64,000 nucleotides of DNA from Flavobacteriales bacterium (GCA_040377305.1 JBEIPA010000010.1:123960-187959); one strand, 5' to 3'. Positions 29,071 to 39,011 are shown, counted from the stretch's first letter. Numbers and translations: made by a program. The notes: a model not told the origin generated them from the letters alone.

Positions 29071-30495
29071 ATGGTATTTGCAAGCCTCGTCTTCCTTTAT
29101 ATTTTTTTGCCGCTGAATCTTATTCTGTACTACATGACGAAAAACGCCATGTATCGGAATATTGTTCTCACCCTCTTCTCGTTCATATTCTACGCCTGGG
29201 GAGAACCACTTTGGATCATGCTGCTCGTCGGTTCGGCTTTTGTTGACTGGGGAAATGCACTGTGGGTCGATAAAGCACGAGGAACGAAATGGGCGAAAGC
29301 CGGTGTCTATTCCTCCGTCATCTTCAACATAGGATTGCTCGTCCTGTTCAAGTACAGCGGATTCCTTTATGAAAATGTGAATTACATTTTCGGAACGAAG
29401 CTCGAGATTCCTGATTTTGTTTTGCCTGTCGGAATTTCGTTCAAAGTTTTCCAAACCATTTCTTATGTAGTAGATGTATACCGCGGCGACATCCGTACAC
29501 AGCGATCGTTCCTGAAGTATATGATGTTCATTAGTCTCTATCATCACTTGGTTGCAGGACCAATTGTGCGATACGCGCATATTGCACATGAGGTTGATAA
29601 TCGTCGTTTCCGTATTAAAGACATTTCCGCCGGCATTAATCGCTTCTGCATTGGTTTGTTCAAGAAGGTTTTCATTGCAAACGTTGCCGGTCAATTCGTG
29701 GTCAAATACATGGACGGTGATCTCAGCCAACTTGCAACATCAGAAGCCTGGTTTGGAGTGATCATGTTCTCCGCGCAAATTTATTTCGACTTCTCTGGCT
29801 ATTCCGACATGGCTATTGGTCTTGCGAAAATGTTCGGATTCCACTTCAAAGAGAATTTCATTTATCCGTACATCGCCAATTCAGCAACCGACTTCTGGAG
29901 ACGATGGCACATTTCACTCGGCACCTTCTTCCGCGATTACATCTACATTCCATTGGGCGGCAACAAACGCCGTTGGGTATTGAACCTGTTCATCGTCTGG
30001 TTTCTAACGGGTTTATGGCACGGCGATTCCTGGAATTTCATTCTGTGGGGATTATATTTCGGAGTGCTGATTTTCCTCGAGCGCCTGTTTCTCCAGAAGG
30101 TGCTGAACAAAATTCCGCGCGTCATATCGCACGTTTATCTGTTGTTTGTTGCTGTGCTGGGATGGGCATTGTTTCACATGACCGACTTTAGCCGACTGAA
30201 GAAATTTTTTACCATCCTGTTCGGTAATTCAGCCATTGAAAACTGGAGGCTTCCGTTCCGAATTACGCTGCAGGAAAATGTGTTTTGGATTGCATTGACA
30301 CTCATCCTCAGCATGCCGGTTTACAATGTCGTGATGAAGTTTATACGTAGTCGCGCAAGAAAAATGAAAACACTAACTCCACTAGGCGTGACTTCGTGGT
30401 CAACGTCAATGGTATTTGATTTCGGCGTCTTGTTCATCTGCACAGCAATGCTCGTAGAGAACAGTTATAATCCATTCCTCTATTATCGGTTCTGA
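29071..30495 (+). CDS. MBOAT O-acyltransferase (AlgI/PatA-like)
   Basis: LPVGISF, AGPIVRY, IYFDFSGYSDMAIGL, FWRRWHISL, GLWHG; C-terminal FLYYRF. Confidence 0.95.
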   Translation: MVFASLVFLYIFLPLNLILYYMTKNAMYRNIVLTLFSFIFYAWGEPLWIMLLVGSAFVDWGNALWVDKARGTKWAKAGVYSSVIFNIGLLVLFKYSGFLYENVNYIFGTKLEIPDFVLPVGISFKVFQTISYVVDVYRGDIRTQRSFLKYMMFISLYHHLVAGPIVRYAHIAHEVDNRRFRIKDISAGINRFCIGLFKKVFIANVAGQFVVKYMDGDLSQLATSEAWFGVIMFSAQIYFDFSGYSDMAIGLAKMFGFHFKENFIYPYIANSATDFWRRWHISLGTFFRDYIYIPLGGNKRRWVLNLFIVWFLTGLWHGDSWNFILWGLYFGVLIFLERLFLQKVLNKIPRVISHVYLLFVAVLGWALFHMTDFSRLKKFFTILFGNSAIENWRLPFRITLQENVFWIALTLILSMPVYNVVMKFIRSRARKMKTLTPLGVTSWSTSMVFDFGVLFICTAMLVENSYNPFLYYRF

Positions 30496-30497
30496 TC

Positions 30498-31901
30498 ATG
30501 GCTAAAAGAGGAACATTTAAAATGCGTCGCGCACTGGCTTACCTGCAGTTCGTAGTATTTGGTGCTGTGTTGTCTGCGGTTGGTGTGTGGTTTTTCCTGA
30601 CACCGAAACTCGCAACATCTGATGAAGAGAAAAGAAAACTCGCGCAGTTTCCGCAGTACAGCGACGACTCTCTTTTCTTCGGTCACTACATTGATAGCCT
30701 CGATCTGTATGTGGCGGATCATTTCCCGATGCGAAATGAATGGGTCGATTTCGCAACGAAGCTGAAAGGTTACCGTGGAATCAAGAATGATGAAATTGCA
30801 TTCTACGACGCATCTGACATCAAGAAAAATGATCCGGTTGAAACGGTTAAGCACACGGATACGATGGGCGGAGATTCTGCAGTGGTTGACACAGCTGCAG
30901 GTCCTCCGGGAGAAGAAGTGAACAATCTCTTCATCGTTGAAGGTCGTGCGATGGAAATCTTCGGTGGCAATTGCAAGATGGCGGAATCGTATGCAAAAGC
31001 GATCAACAAATACCAGACGGAACTTGGATCAACCGGCGTTCGTATTTATGATGTTGCTGTTCCGTCGTCGATCGAATTCTTCGCACCGAATCAATACAAG
31101 AAACAATATTCAACCGAGAAGAAGAATATTGATTGTGTGTATGGGGCGCTTGATCCTACGGTTAAAGGTGTAGATGCGCACGGAGCTTTGCTGGCGCACA
31201 CGCGTGAGAATATTTATTTCAGAACGGATCACCACTGGACAGGACTTGGTGCGTATTACGCATATACGGCCTATTGCGAATCGGCCGGACTTACCGCATT
31301 GCGTTTGGATCAAATGGAGCACAAACAGAAAACAGGATATCTCGGTTCTTTGTATTGGTTAACCCGGGATGCGCGATTGAAAGACGCACCGGATACTGTT
31401 GATTACTGGAAAATTCCAGGAAAGTACACTTCAACGTGTTACAACAAAGGAAGTATGACCAAAGGCTTTAAAGGCTCCATTTATGCTGAAGGTGCGAGTG
31501 GCGCGAACGGATATGGCGTGTTTCTTGGAGGAGATTGGCCATTGATGAAGATTGAGAACGATGTGAAGAACGGCAAGAAGTGTGTACTCGTAAAGAATTC
31601 TTATGGTAATCCATTCGCGACCTATTTGCCGTATCACTACGAAACCGTGTATGTGATTGATTATCGTTATTACACCGGCAGTCTGAAACAATTGATTATC
31701 GATGAGAAAATTACTGATTTGGTTTTTCTGAATGGCGTGTTCTCAATTAACACTTCCTGGCACATTCAGATGGTTGGCAAAATCATGAATGGTGTTGGTA
31801 AGTCCGTTCCTAAAAATCCGGTCGACGACACCACAAAACCGAAGAAAGACAGTATCATTGAGAATAAGAATGATACCATTCCGAAAAAAGATCCGGAGTA
31901 G
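30498..31901 (+). CDS. DHHW-family protein (AlgJ-like permuted SGNH O-acyltransferase)
   Basis: N-terminal TM; EKRKLAQFP, DHFPMR, YFRTDHHWTGLGAYYAY, later KNSYGN and IDYRY. Confidence 0.88.
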   Translation: MAKRGTFKMRRALAYLQFVVFGAVLSAVGVWFFLTPKLATSDEEKRKLAQFPQYSDDSLFFGHYIDSLDLYVADHFPMRNEWVDFATKLKGYRGIKNDEIAFYDASDIKKNDPVETVKHTDTMGGDSAVVDTAAGPPGEEVNNLFIVEGRAMEIFGGNCKMAESYAKAINKYQTELGSTGVRIYDVAVPSSIEFFAPNQYKKQYSTEKKNIDCVYGALDPTVKGVDAHGALLAHTRENIYFRTDHHWTGLGAYYAYTAYCESAGLTALRLDQMEHKQKTGYLGSLYWLTRDARLKDAPDTVDYWKIPGKYTSTCYNKGSMTKGFKGSIYAEGASGANGYGVFLGGDWPLMKIENDVKNGKKCVLVKNSYGNPFATYLPYHYETVYVIDYRYYTGSLKQLIIDEKITDLVFLNGVFSINTSWHIQMVGKIMNGVGKSVPKNPVDDTTKPKKDSIIENKNDTIPKKDPE

Positions 31902-31935
31902 TCCGATTTTTTATCGGGTTGAAATCGAAAAGTAA

Positions 31936-33474
31936 ATGAGGAGAAGGAATAAAATATTGGTTGGAGGATTTGGCATTGTTGCCATGTGTTGTGTTGCCGG
32001 TTGGATTTTCGGTTTTCAAACATGCAATGCGGTTCAGAGTGCAAATGAAAATCCACCGAAGTCGAAGTTTCAGGTAACGCTTGATACGTCGATTGCGCCT
32101 GTCATTCACCTCGAGTATAATTTTATTCAGTTTTATTCGCGGGCAGCACTCGACAATTTTTACAAAGCGTGGAACACCACCGGTGAGCATAAGCTTTCTG
32201 TTGTACATCTCGGTGATTCACATTTGCAGTCGGATTATTTCCCGGGGCAAATCCGGAAAAATCTTCAGGGCTTGCATGGTGATGGCGGAAGAGGAACGTG
32301 TTTCCCCTATTCGGCTGCAGCAACGTATTCTTCGAATGAATACAAGTCGGAACACACCGGAGAATGGGAATGGGGAAAGAGTTTGCGCCTTCCACCAAAA
32401 GTTCCGCTGGGTGTAATCGGAATGGCCGTTCGTACTTCGAAAGCCGGAAATGGATTCACGTTGACATTCGATGATCCGGTTCCTAACACATACGATCGTT
32501 TGCGCATTTACTGCAAGAAGCAACACAACAGTTTTGATCTGCAAGTTGATTTCGGTGATGGCAAACCCGTGACAGTTGCGATTGATTCTTCTTCAACAGA
32601 TTCATTGCCCTACTACGAAATCAAAATGCCGGCAATGGGTAACGTGTTGAAGACAACAACCGTGAAGGCAAACGCTTTTGAAACTGAATTCGAGTTTTAT
32701 GGATTCACCATGGAGTGTTCGGAAGACAAAGGCGCAGTGGTTCACAACTGTGGTGTTGGTGGTGCGATGTATCGTTCCATTCTGTATGAAGCACTTTTCC
32801 AGCAGCAGCTTCCTACGCTGGAGCCGGATATTGTAATCGTTGACTTCGGAACAAACGATTATCTCTATGACGATAGCATCAAAACTGATCTTGATACGCA
32901 GATTGTGCAGACCATTCAGCGTATTCGAGCGGTGTGTCCGAATGCAAGCATTATTCTTACCTCTGCGCAAGACATGTATTGGAGAAAAGTGAATCTTGAA
33001 AAAGGTGAAGACTTTTCTGACCTCATTCACAGCATTGCAAAGAGGTACGATTGCGGAATGTTCGATTGGTACTGGGTTTCCGGAGGACGTACTGCGATGT
33101 CGCGTTTCATGGACAAAGGTTATGCGAATCCGGATGGAATTCACATGTCGCCCAAAGGTTATCGTCTCAAAGGCGATTTGCTTACGGATGCTATGGTGAA
33201 AACTGTTAAGTGGATGGAAGATAATCCGACCGGCGATTCATTGGTGTGTAACACAGATTCGATTTCCGCGTTTCAGAAAAAAGTGCTGTTGTCAGATTCT
33301 ACGCGCAACTCTCCATTGGGGAAACCATTCCCTCACTATGTAAAGAGCGGTGAAACACTTGGAGGTATTGCACGAAAATACGGTGTTACTGTTGCTCAAA
33401 TTAAAAAGTGGAACAACCTGAAAAGCGATCGGATTAATGTGAAGCAGCGGTTGTTGATTTATCGGAAGAAGTAG
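31936..33474 (+). CDS. SGNH/GDSL esterase or acyltransferase with C-terminal LysM
   Basis: HLGDSH, GVGG, FGTND, DGIH blocks; LysM HYVKSGETLGGIARKYGVTVAQIKKWNNL. Confidence 0.88.
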   Translation: MRRRNKILVGGFGIVAMCCVAGWIFGFQTCNAVQSANENPPKSKFQVTLDTSIAPVIHLEYNFIQFYSRAALDNFYKAWNTTGEHKLSVVHLGDSHLQSDYFPGQIRKNLQGLHGDGGRGTCFPYSAAATYSSNEYKSEHTGEWEWGKSLRLPPKVPLGVIGMAVRTSKAGNGFTLTFDDPVPNTYDRLRIYCKKQHNSFDLQVDFGDGKPVTVAIDSSSTDSLPYYEIKMPAMGNVLKTTTVKANAFETEFEFYGFTMECSEDKGAVVHNCGVGGAMYRSILYEALFQQQLPTLEPDIVIVDFGTNDYLYDDSIKTDLDTQIVQTIQRIRAVCPNASIILTSAQDMYWRKVNLEKGEDFSDLIHSIAKRYDCGMFDWYWVSGGRTAMSRFMDKGYANPDGIHMSPKGYRLKGDLLTDAMVKTVKWMEDNPTGDSLVCNTDSISAFQKKVLLSDSTRNSPLGKPFPHYVKSGETLGGIARKYGVTVAQIKKWNNLKSDRINVKQRLLIYRKK

Positions 33475-33553
33475 GCAAGTCACTAAGTATTTAAGTAGGC
33501 AAGTCTGTTGAAATTATACGTGAGCCTTGCACGACTCGCCTACTTAGTAACTT
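33469..33553. repeat. Inverted octamer arrays (AAGTNNNN)
   Basis: AAGTAGGC AAGTCACT AAGTATTT AAGTAGGC AAGTCTGT, then GCCTACTT AGTAACTT. Confidence 0.7.
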
Positions 33554-34793
33554 TCTCACTTAAGACTTTGTAAAGCATCATCAACGCTGTCTGTCCGCTT
33601 CGCTGAATATTTCTCTCGCGGTTGTCTCCGAACTGAAACACCTTCGCTTCTACTCCGTCTTTCGAAGCGACAGCAATCCAAACAGTGCCTACGGGTTTTT
33701 CGGTTGTTCCTCCACCGGGTCCTGCAATTCCGGTTGTGGAGATTGCAAAATCGGCTCCGAGTTTTTTGCGGACATTTTCTGCCATCATAATGGCTACTTC
33801 CTCGCTCACCGCTCCAACTTTATTCATGAGTTCCATCGGAATTCCTAACAAACTCTCTTTCGCTTCGTATGCATACGTGAGTGTACTTCCTATATAGTAA
33901 GCAGAACTGCCAGCCACAGAAGTGATGAGATGTGAAATGTATCCGCCGGTGCAACTCTCTGCAGTAACTACCGTTTGTTTCCGTTCGGTAAGTATTTTTC
34001 CAACGATTTCCTGAATGGAAGTGTCTTCGGTTGCAAAAATATATTTGCCAATCAATGCCGGCAGTTCAGCAATCTTCGCATCTACTTTCTTCTGCAATTC
34101 ATCACGATCGCCACCATGCGCTGTTAAACGCAAACGAACTTGTCCGGGCGAAGGAAGATAAGCAAGTCCGATATTGAGTTTCCTCACGGATGCCTCCCAT
34201 TCTTCCAATGTATCAGAAAGCCAGGATTCACCAATACCTTGTGTCATCACCGTGCGATGGTAAATTGCCGGCAATGAAAACTTCTCACGCAGTTTTGGCA
34301 GAACACTATCTGTGAACATCGATTTCATTTCATACGGAACTCCCGGCATGGAAACAATAATCTTACCTTCTCTTTCAAACCACATTCCTGGCGCTGTTCC
34401 GTTTGCATTGTAAACAGGAATGCAACCTTCGGGAATTTCACATTGCGTTCTGTTCGTTGGCGTTACTTCGCGGCCAAACTTTGCGAACAATTCTGTGATG
34501 TGCTTCAAAACTGTTTCATCGAAACGCATTTTCATCCCGAAGTAACTTGCCAGTGTTTGTTTCGTGAGATCGTCTTTGGTTGGACCAAGTCCGCCCGTGA
34601 GCAGAATTATGTCTGCACGTTTTTGTGCTTCGGTGAGCGCTTCCTTAATATGGTCCGGAGAATCGGAGACCGCGGTTTTCTGAACAACACGAATGCCGTT
34701 AAAGGTTAACTGTTGACCAAGAAAAGCAGAGTTCGTATCCACGACCTGCCCGATTAATAGCTCATCGCCAATTGTAATTATCTCTGCGTTCAT
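33540..34793 (-). CDS. cinA: CinA family protein (MoCF-like domain + NMN deamidase PncC)
   Basis: IGDELLIGQVVDTN, TGGLGPTKDDLT, PGVPYEM, AESCTGG, GAVSEE, TGIAGPGGG. Confidence 0.95.
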   Translation of the reverse strand: MNAEIITIGDELLIGQVVDTNSAFLGQQLTFNGIRVVQKTAVSDSPDHIKEALTEAQKRADIILLTGGLGPTKDDLTKQTLASYFGMKMRFDETVLKHITELFAKFGREVTPTNRTQCEIPEGCIPVYNANGTAPGMWFEREGKIIVSMPGVPYEMKSMFTDSVLPKLREKFSLPAIYHRTVMTQGIGESWLSDTLEEWEASVRKLNIGLAYLPSPGQVRLRLTAHGGDRDELQKKVDAKIAELPALIGKYIFATEDTSIQEIVGKILTERKQTVVTAESCTGGYISHLITSVAGSSAYYIGSTLTYAYEAKESLLGIPMELMNKVGAVSEEVAIMMAENVRKKLGADFAISTTGIAGPGGGTTEKPVGTVWIAVASKDGVEAKVFQFGDNRERNIQRSGQTALMMLYKVLSEKVTK

Positions 34794-34807
34794 TTACGCG
34801 AAGGTAC

Positions 34808-34912
34808 ATAGCCAATAGCTGATAGCTGAAAACTGAGTTGTGATTTTGAGCTTTTGTTGAAGTTCAATACCTATTTCCACGGATCAGCTATCAGTTTTCA
34901 GCTATCAACTCT
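34808..34912. repeat. Inverted heptamer arrays (ATAGCTG/TCAGCTA)
   Basis: 17-bp perfect inverted repeat TGATAGCTGAAAACTGA at 34820-34836 and 34891-34907. Confidence 0.75.
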
Positions 34913-35021
34913 CATTTTGGCAAACAATTTGTATGTTTATGTACTTCAACCACTAACCATTTTGTAATCCTGCTGTAAACCATCAGGATTTACCAATTCA
35001 AAAATTGAAAAACATACTCCA

Positions 35022-35768
35022 ATGAGTAAAAAATTAGCCGTATTAATTCTTGCCTGTGGAGTCCTTTTCGCAGCATGTAAAGACCTTGAAAAATTGGCTG
35101 CCGATGGGCAAAAAGCTCTTGAGCAGGCAGGTGGAGCCGGTGCTCTGACCAATGGAGAAGCCGTAAACGGACTTAAAGAAGCCCTCAAACAGGGTGCAAA
35201 CAAGTCGGCAAGCTCTGCTTCACAAACCGACGGTTTCTACAAGAACCCAGCGATCTTTATTCCCTTCCCTCCTGCTGCACAGAAGGTGAAAGACAATGCA
35301 TTAAAAGTCGGATTGTCGGCTCAGGTGACCAAGTTTGAAGAAACGCTGAACCGCGCTGCAGAAGAAGCTGCTAAATCGGCGGCACCTGTGTTCATCAACG
35401 CCATTACATCAATGACGCTGGGTGATGGACTCGGAATCCTACGCGGATCTGATACTGCTGCAACAAACTATCTCCGTACAAAATGTACCGACTCTTTGAT
35501 GTTCCGTTTCCGTCCTATCGTGAACAACGCAACAAAGAAAGTTGAACTCACCAAATACTGGACTCCACTTGCAACTGCATACAACAAGATTCCACTGGTG
35601 ACTCCAATCAATCCGGATCTGGATGCTTACGTTTGTGAGCGGGCGATCAGCGGATTGTTTAAGCTGGTGGGCGACGAAGAGAAGAACATTCGTACAAACC
35701 CGCTTGCACGTACTTCTGATATTCTGAAAAAAGTGTTCGGATCGAAAGAGAATCCGCATAATAAGTAG
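35022..35768 (+). CDS. DUF4197 family lipoprotein
   Basis: Lipobox FAAC; GLKEAL, DGFY, NRAAE, AATNYL, EEKNIRTNPLARTSDILKKVFG. Confidence 0.9.
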   Translation: MSKKLAVLILACGVLFAACKDLEKLAADGQKALEQAGGAGALTNGEAVNGLKEALKQGANKSASSASQTDGFYKNPAIFIPFPPAAQKVKDNALKVGLSAQVTKFEETLNRAAEEAAKSAAPVFINAITSMTLGDGLGILRGSDTAATNYLRTKCTDSLMFRFRPIVNNATKKVELTKYWTPLATAYNKIPLVTPINPDLDAYVCERAISGLFKLVGDEEKNIRTNPLARTSDILKKVFGSKENPHNK

Positions 35769-35905
35769 GAAGTTATTAAGTCATTAAGTAGGCGAGTCGA
35801 TAAACTCAAATAGAAAAACCGGACCTCTACGATCCGGTTTTTCTATTTGAGTATATATAGGAACTATTTTGACTTGCCTACATAAAAACTTATTGACTTA
35901 ATGAC
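35763..35905. repeat. Inverted octamer arrays (AAGTNNNN) flanking a terminator
   Basis: AAGTTATT AAGTCATT AAGTAGGC on the left; GCCTACAT AAAAACTT ATTGACTT AATGACT on the right. Confidence 0.7.
35804..35852. terminator. Bidirectional terminator
   Basis: 20-bp perfect arms ACTCAAATAGAAAAACCGGA / TCCGGTTTTTCTATTTGAGT between convergent genes. Confidence 0.85.
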
Positions 35906-36799
35906 TCAGAACGTATACGCTCCACCCATATCAAGTCCGTCAAACTTCCCAACGCTTGGCTTGATGCTCAGCACTGGAATCTTGGAGTGATTCACAATTT
36001 GTTTTGCACGATTGCCCAGGAAAATTCCGTTCATCGCTGACTCCTGCTCGGTCATGATCACAATCAGATCAGCATTCACAGCATCTGCGTATTTCAATGC
36101 TTCATGCGCGAGGTTATTCCCTTTCACAATCTGACGTGAGAACGGAAGTTCGTGTTTCTCAACTGCTTTCTGAACCTGATCGAGCACAATGTTGAGTTTA
36201 TCTTCCTCATGCGAATCGAGTTCTTCAAGCAACCCGACGATGTGAATTTTCGCAGCGAACAGATTAGCCATCGTCACTGCAATTTCAACTTTTTCACGCG
36301 AATGCATGGTGCGGTCAATGGGCAGAACGATATTGCTGAAGCCAAGTTTCTTTGCATGTGTTTGAACTGTGATCACCGGACAGGGAGCAACCGTTACCAC
36401 TTTATGTGCATTGCTACCGAGGAAAAACTCTTCAAATCCGGAAGCACCGTGTGTTCCCATTACGATGAGGTCAACTTTCTCCTCATTCGCAATTTCCATG
36501 ATCTCATGCGAAACTTTTCCGCGTGAGCTCAGTGACTTTGCAACACATCCGTAGTTCGCACGAACGCGATCGATTGTTTCTGCGAGCTTCTGCTCTACAA
36601 TCTGATTTACTTCGTCGTGGTTCTCGATACGCATCACCGGTTCGGGGATTTCGAAATGATATTCCTGCACAGGCAGCACATGAAGCAACAGCAAATCGGC
36701 TTTGGCAAGTCGGGCCATGAATGATGCGTGCTCGAGGGCCAGCATTCCGGTTTCCGAAAAGTCGATTGGTACTAGGATCTTACGTAGGTTGAGATTCAT
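35906..36799 (-). CDS. Universal stress protein (tandem USP domains)
   Basis: KILVPIDFSE, DLIVMGTHGASG..LGSNA, second USP domain. Confidence 0.93.
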   Translation of the reverse strand: MNLNLRKILVPIDFSETGMLALEHASFMARLAKADLLLLHVLPVQEYHFEIPEPVMRIENHDEVNQIVEQKLAETIDRVRANYGCVAKSLSSRGKVSHEIMEIANEEKVDLIVMGTHGASGFEEFFLGSNAHKVVTVAPCPVITVQTHAKKLGFSNIVLPIDRTMHSREKVEIAVTMANLFAAKIHIVGLLEELDSHEEDKLNIVLDQVQKAVEKHELPFSRQIVKGNNLAHEALKYADAVNADLIVIMTEQESAMNGIFLGNRAKQIVNHSKIPVLSIKPSVGKFDGLDMGGAYTF

Positions 36800-36847
36800 A
36801 ATCGCGATTATTTACAGTCAAATATCAGTAACAACGTGCACATATCA

Positions 36848-36865
36848 AACTGATATTAGTCAGTT
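36848..36865. promoter_or_regulatory. Candidate Crp/Fnr-type operator upstream of a USP gene
   Basis: Dyad AACTGA-TATTAG-TCAGTT, 21 nt from the minus-strand -7 box GATATTTG (36826-36819). Confidence 0.5.
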
Positions 36866-36913
36866 GAGGGAAATAAGGCGCGGATTACACGGACTACGCT
36901 CGCTACACTTCAC

Positions 36914-36941
36914 AAAAAAGCCCCATCCGAGGACAGGGCTT
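36914..36941 (-). terminator. Probable terminator between the two USP genes
   Basis: AAGCCC..GGGCTT stem with a minus-strand T run. Confidence 0.6.
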
Positions 36942-36963
36942 AGCGTTTTGTTTGGTGATTAGT

Positions 36964-37842
36964 TTACCACGGGTGGAACTCCGAAAGATCCTTTTTAGGT
37001 GTAGGAACAATCGAAAGAACCGGAATGTCTGATTTGTTGATGATTTCCTGAGCTGCAGAACCGATGAAAAGATCGGTAATGTCTTGCTCCTGCTGCGTCA
37101 TGATGAGGAGCAGATCGCCCTCAACTTTGTTCGCGTAATCAACGATGATTTGTCCGAGTGATTCTTCGCCTTTGATTCCTTTGATGATTTCAGCTGTACA
37201 ACGAACGCCGTGTTTTTCAACATACGCTTTCACTTGTGACAACTGACGAGTTAAACGGTTAACGATGAATTCATCGGTAGTGAATAGAACAGAAACGATG
37301 CGAATGTCGGAACTATACATTTTCGCGAACTCCATCGCCTTCGTTACTTTCTCACGGGTTTCCTTTGTGAGATCCAGAGGCACTACAATGTTTTTGCAAC
37401 CATCGCGGTGGTGTTTTCCTTTGATCGTGATTACCGGAACATTCGATCCGCGTACAATACGAAGTGTGTTAGAACCCACAAAACGTTTACGTCCGCCAGC
37501 TGAACCGTTTGTTCCCATTACGATAAACTTTGCGCTAAGCATATCTGCTACTTCGTCAACTTTATCGTAAACTGTTCCGTGTGCAATTACTTTATCACAC
37601 TTAACACCGTGTTCCTTCTCAATTTTGTCAATGCACTCCACCATTTTCTTGTCGATCTCCTTCTTAATCTCTTCGTCCTGTTGTTTAGAAACGAAACGGC
37701 TAAGGAACCCGCCGCTTTCAATTACATACAACAGGGTTAGGTCGGCATTGATCATCTTCGCAAGGTGAGCGGCTTGTTCGAGTGCAATATTCGACTGCTC
37801 GCCAAAATCAACGGGAACTACAATCTTATTAGGATTCTGCAT
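36964..37842 (-). CDS. Universal stress protein (tandem USP domains)
   Basis: KIVVPVDF, IVMGTNGSAG..VGSNT, IGSAAQEIINKSDIPVL. Confidence 0.93.
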   Translation of the reverse strand: MQNPNKIVVPVDFGEQSNIALEQAAHLAKMINADLTLLYVIESGGFLSRFVSKQQDEEIKKEIDKKMVECIDKIEKEHGVKCDKVIAHGTVYDKVDEVADMLSAKFIVMGTNGSAGGRKRFVGSNTLRIVRGSNVPVITIKGKHHRDGCKNIVVPLDLTKETREKVTKAMEFAKMYSSDIRIVSVLFTTDEFIVNRLTRQLSQVKAYVEKHGVRCTAEIIKGIKGEESLGQIIVDYANKVEGDLLLIMTQQEQDITDLFIGSAAQEIINKSDIPVLSIVPTPKKDLSEFHPW

Positions 37843-38060
37843 AACTATGCTTTGTGGTTAGGAGGTTGTTAACGGTTTTTGGGTAAAAACAGGGCAAAAA
37901 TAAACAAAAACCTCATATTTCAGAAGGATTATTCGTGTTTGAAAGGCGCTCTTTTTGTCGAATTTGAGCCACCTTTGAAATATCAATGCTCAATGTTGAT
38001 TTCCGGTGGAAGGCGGAGTCCTGAAATCGGAAATCCCTTAAATCACAAATCGTAAATGTT

Positions 38061-38942
38061 ATGCAGAATCCAATTGCTGAAACGGAACTGATCCTGAACC
38101 CAAACGGGAGCATTTATCACCTCAAACTTCGCCCGGAAGATCTGGCCGATGATATAATTGTTGTGGGCGATCAGGGTCGCGTTGACACAATCTCTTCGCA
38201 TTTCGAAAAAGTTGATTGTAAAATCCAGAATCGTGAATTCGTTACGCACACGGGCTGGTACAAAGGAAAACGCATCACTGCTTTGTCGACCGGAATAGGG
38301 ACAGACAACATCGATATCGTGCTTAATGAGTTGGACGCTCTCGTGAACATTGATCTCACCACGAGAACGATCAAAGCGCAGAAGAAATCGCTCAACATTA
38401 TTCGCATAGGAACCAGTGGTGCTTTACAAGGAGATGTGCCTGTTGATAGCTTCGTTGCGTCCTCGCACGGAATGGGATTCGATGGTTTGCTCAACTACTA
38501 TGCGGGAAGAGATTTGTGTGATGAGTCGGCCATTGCAGAGTCGTTTATGACGCACGCGGGATGGCTCAACGGGTTGCCGTATCCGTATGTGGTAACTGCT
38601 TCCCAAAAACTCATGGATCAGATTGCGCACGACATGACGAAGGGCATTACGGCAACTGCTCCCGGATTTTATGGTCCGCAGGGAAGACAATTGCGTTTAG
38701 CTCCTTCCCTCGCCGATCTGAATGAGAAACTTGGATCATACCGTCATGAAACGCATCGTGTGACGAATTTCGAAATGGAAACTTCCGCACTTTACGGATT
38801 GGGCCGACTGCTTGGACATGAATGCCTTACGGTTTGCGCTATTATTGCGAATCGTGTGTCGCGGCAATACAGCAAAGACTACCATCCGGTTATCGAAAAG
38901 CTGATTGTAACTGTCCTTGAACGTCTCACTGTTAAAAAGTAA
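38061..38942 (+). CDS. Nucleoside phosphorylase (uridine phosphorylase/PNP_UDP_1 family)
   Basis: SIYHL, VGDQGRV, NREF, STGIG, RIGTSG, GFYGPQGR, NFEME. Confidence 0.92.
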   Translation: MQNPIAETELILNPNGSIYHLKLRPEDLADDIIVVGDQGRVDTISSHFEKVDCKIQNREFVTHTGWYKGKRITALSTGIGTDNIDIVLNELDALVNIDLTTRTIKAQKKSLNIIRIGTSGALQGDVPVDSFVASSHGMGFDGLLNYYAGRDLCDESAIAESFMTHAGWLNGLPYPYVVTASQKLMDQIAHDMTKGITATAPGFYGPQGRQLRLAPSLADLNEKLGSYRHETHRVTNFEMETSALYGLGRLLGHECLTVCAIIANRVSRQYSKDYHPVIEKLIVTVLERLTVKK

Positions 38943-39011
38943 GAAAGCCTGTAAACTAAAAAGCATGTCTCGACCGTATATTTGTTTATAGAGGCTCTAT
39001 TTGACTTCGCG

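Noticed and set aside
28963-29730. 255-aa minus-strand ORF
   Set aside because: Antisense to the MBOAT gene; no recognisable family
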